Positions 28,195 to 29,929 of a DNA stretch of 29,929 nt are shown here, in pieces. The stretch's first letter is position 1. Each line of letters begins with the position of its first letter. The notes beneath the pieces are model-generated. The model worked only from the letters and a program-made list of their open reading frames with translations. It did no database searches and was not told the DNA's origin. Origin of the DNA: Promethearchaeota archaeon Loki_b31 (GTDB lineage: Archaea > Asgardarchaeota > Lokiarchaeia > Sigyniarchaeales > SOKP01); contig NJBI01000043.1 in NCBI GenBank assembly GCA_005222975.1, positions 1 through 29,929 on the forward strand. The letters run 5' to 3'. The position numbers were made by a program, and so were the translations under genes.

Positions 28195-29363
28195 TCATTG
28201 CATTTGAATATCTAATTTCATAATAGTTGTATGACAAATATCTAAACACCCTTTTAGGATTTCCTCTGAACATCTATCAGGAGAATCTTGTGATGAATGA
28301 ATATATTTACAATCCTTACTTGAATGAAAACAAGCTACTTGAAATGTACTTTTTCTGCTCAATTTTCTAAAAACTCTTTGATCACTTCTTGGTTCAAATG
28401 ATTTTTTATATTTAATTAATGGAATGTTTAATTGGTTTGCTGATTCTCCAATAATATCATTTAAATTATTATTCATTTTTTTTTTTTTAAACCAATTTCA
28501 TCAATAAGCCCAATATAAGTCCCCACCATATCGATATTAATACCATATGATCTATTCAAATCATTATTTTTTTTAAGCTTTTTTGAATGAGTTTTATAAA
28601 AACTTTTCGAACCTTTAGTGCCCCATTCTTCGGCTCCAGTCCAAATAAAGATAACATCTATGTTTTCGAGGGGTGTTTTTTTTACTTTTTTAACTAATTC
28701 AATCAAAATGGATACACCACTCGCATTATCTATAGAACCATATACTTTTTTAACATCAATAAGCAGAATAATAATAAATAGTATTATAATAAATTGAATA
28801 ATTGAAGAAATAACTGTTAAATTGATTATAAGTAGAGAATAAGTTTGATAAATAAAGTCGATAATTAATAAGGAAGAAATTAAAATCATAATTCCTAAAT
28901 AGGGTAAGATAATTGCTTTAAAAAGGAAAAAAAAGAAATTTTGAAGTTTATATGGTAATATTGAAGCAAAAGAATCATAATGAGCGGAAAATATAATTGT
29001 CGGTTGAGGGTGGTTTTTTTTTTTTGCTGAAATTATGGTATAAAGATTTTTGGATTCCTCTTTTTTAATCAAGGAGAATCTACGAGTAACTTCAAATAGA
29101 TTTCTAATTATATAATATGAAATTAGTATTAAAAATAATCTAAATAATAATAAATAACAAATTAAAAGAGTGTATAATATTCTCATTATTACTCTTCTAT
29201 ATCCAGTAAAGCTAAAATGTTCAATTTTAGAATCAATATTCTCTTTTTCCAATTCACTCTTGATGTAATTTATAGCTCGTGTTTCTCCTGTTGTTGAGGC
29301 TAAACGGTTAAAAGCTAAGGATTTAACATGCTCAAGAATTTTTTGATTATTCGTTGAACTCAA
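28195..29363 (-). pseudogene. Membrane M28 peptidase split by a frameshift at a 13-nt homopolymer (28476-28488); possibly an intact gene with a sequencing error
   Basis: The upstream ORF has SAHYDS, DNASGV, TGAEEWG and NIDMVG. The downstream ORF has RSDQRVF and IHSSQDSPD, the normal M28 C-terminus. Confidence 0.82.
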
Positions 29364-29547
29364 TTATTGTTCTACTTCCTTTTAATTATTAATTTTTAGT
29401 ATTTATTTTATTATCCTATCATGAATTATAAATTGAATGGATGTCAATTATTAAATATTATTACCATTAAGTTGTCTATAAAAATATTCTTTAACTATTA
29501 TGCGATTATTAGAATATATTAAGAAATATTGGTAAAAACTAAAAATT

Positions 29548-29772
29548 TTAACCTATTCTTACGCCTTGAATTAACCCCGATAAACCCTTACGCATGGTAT
29601 TTCTTTTAGAACTAATGTCTCTATACACGATTTAAATTTCCAATTTCTCTTTTTGAGCTTGCTCTTTCAGAACTTCAATTTGGTGAACTTAGTCGCCTTT
29701 TTTATTTTGCTTGTGAGAGGATACTCTTCCATAAATCGCATAGAATTTGAATTTATCAATGATCTCAATCAT
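29548..29772 (-). pseudogene. Decayed IS607-family serine recombinase (TnpA) fragment
   Basis: One frame reads MIEIIDKFKFYAIYGRVSSHKQNKKGD*VHQIEVLKEQAQKEKLEI*IVYRDISSKRNTMRKGLSGLIQGVRIG*, matching YARVSS..Q..DL..Q...D..SG.N..RKGL. Internal stops at 29689-29691 and 29632-29634. Confidence 0.8.
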
Positions 29773-29929
29773 ATTAATAATATTTAAATAAAGTAAAAAA
29801 AACTTTAATGTCAAACCCCACTCACTCGACAAAATAGATTAGGGTCTCTCTAGTTGAGTCAGATTATCTTTAAATTGGGTAAAGTTTCCCGTATCTTTTT
29901 CTCTAATTCTCCACGTGCGCCTTATTGTT

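Noticed and set aside
29839-29928. Open minus-strand frame at the window edge (TIRRTWRIREKDTG...ERP*)
   Set aside because: Only about 30 codons are visible and there is no motif. It may be the 3' end of a gene outside the window.
1-29929. CRISPR array or rRNA
   Set aside because: No regularly spaced repeats and no long GC-rich structural RNA region seen.

Overview
AT-rich archaeal DNA, most likely from an Asgard archaeon (Lokiarchaeia-like), judging by a gelsolin-domain protein, roadblock and longin-like proteins, tandem V4R/TRAPP-like genes, ribophorin I, Sec61beta and a BHB-intron tRNA. Region 1 (about 1-4400) is an accessory block of small orphan ORFs plus a Zn-finger HUH rolling-circle Rep/transposase-like gene, probably part of an integrated mobile element. 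Region 2 (4488-16654) is housekeeping and ESP-rich: longin-like protein, bacterial-type tpiA, orphan hdrC, thioredoxin, gelsolin, MBL hydrolase, V4R pair, 7TM protein, penicillin acylase, roadblock and map. Region 3 (16692-28115) is a translocation, N-glycosylation and membrane-processing cluster: GT4, DUF354, hexapeptide acetyltransferase, MazG, Sec61beta, ribophorin I, long Trm112, tRNA-Gln(UUG) with a 59/60 intron and C33, DPAGT1/AglH, a large M48 peptidase and UbiA. Region 4 holds an M28 peptidase split at an A13 run and a decayed IS607-type serine recombinase missing from the ORF track. All calls come from motif recognition by eye; no searches were run.
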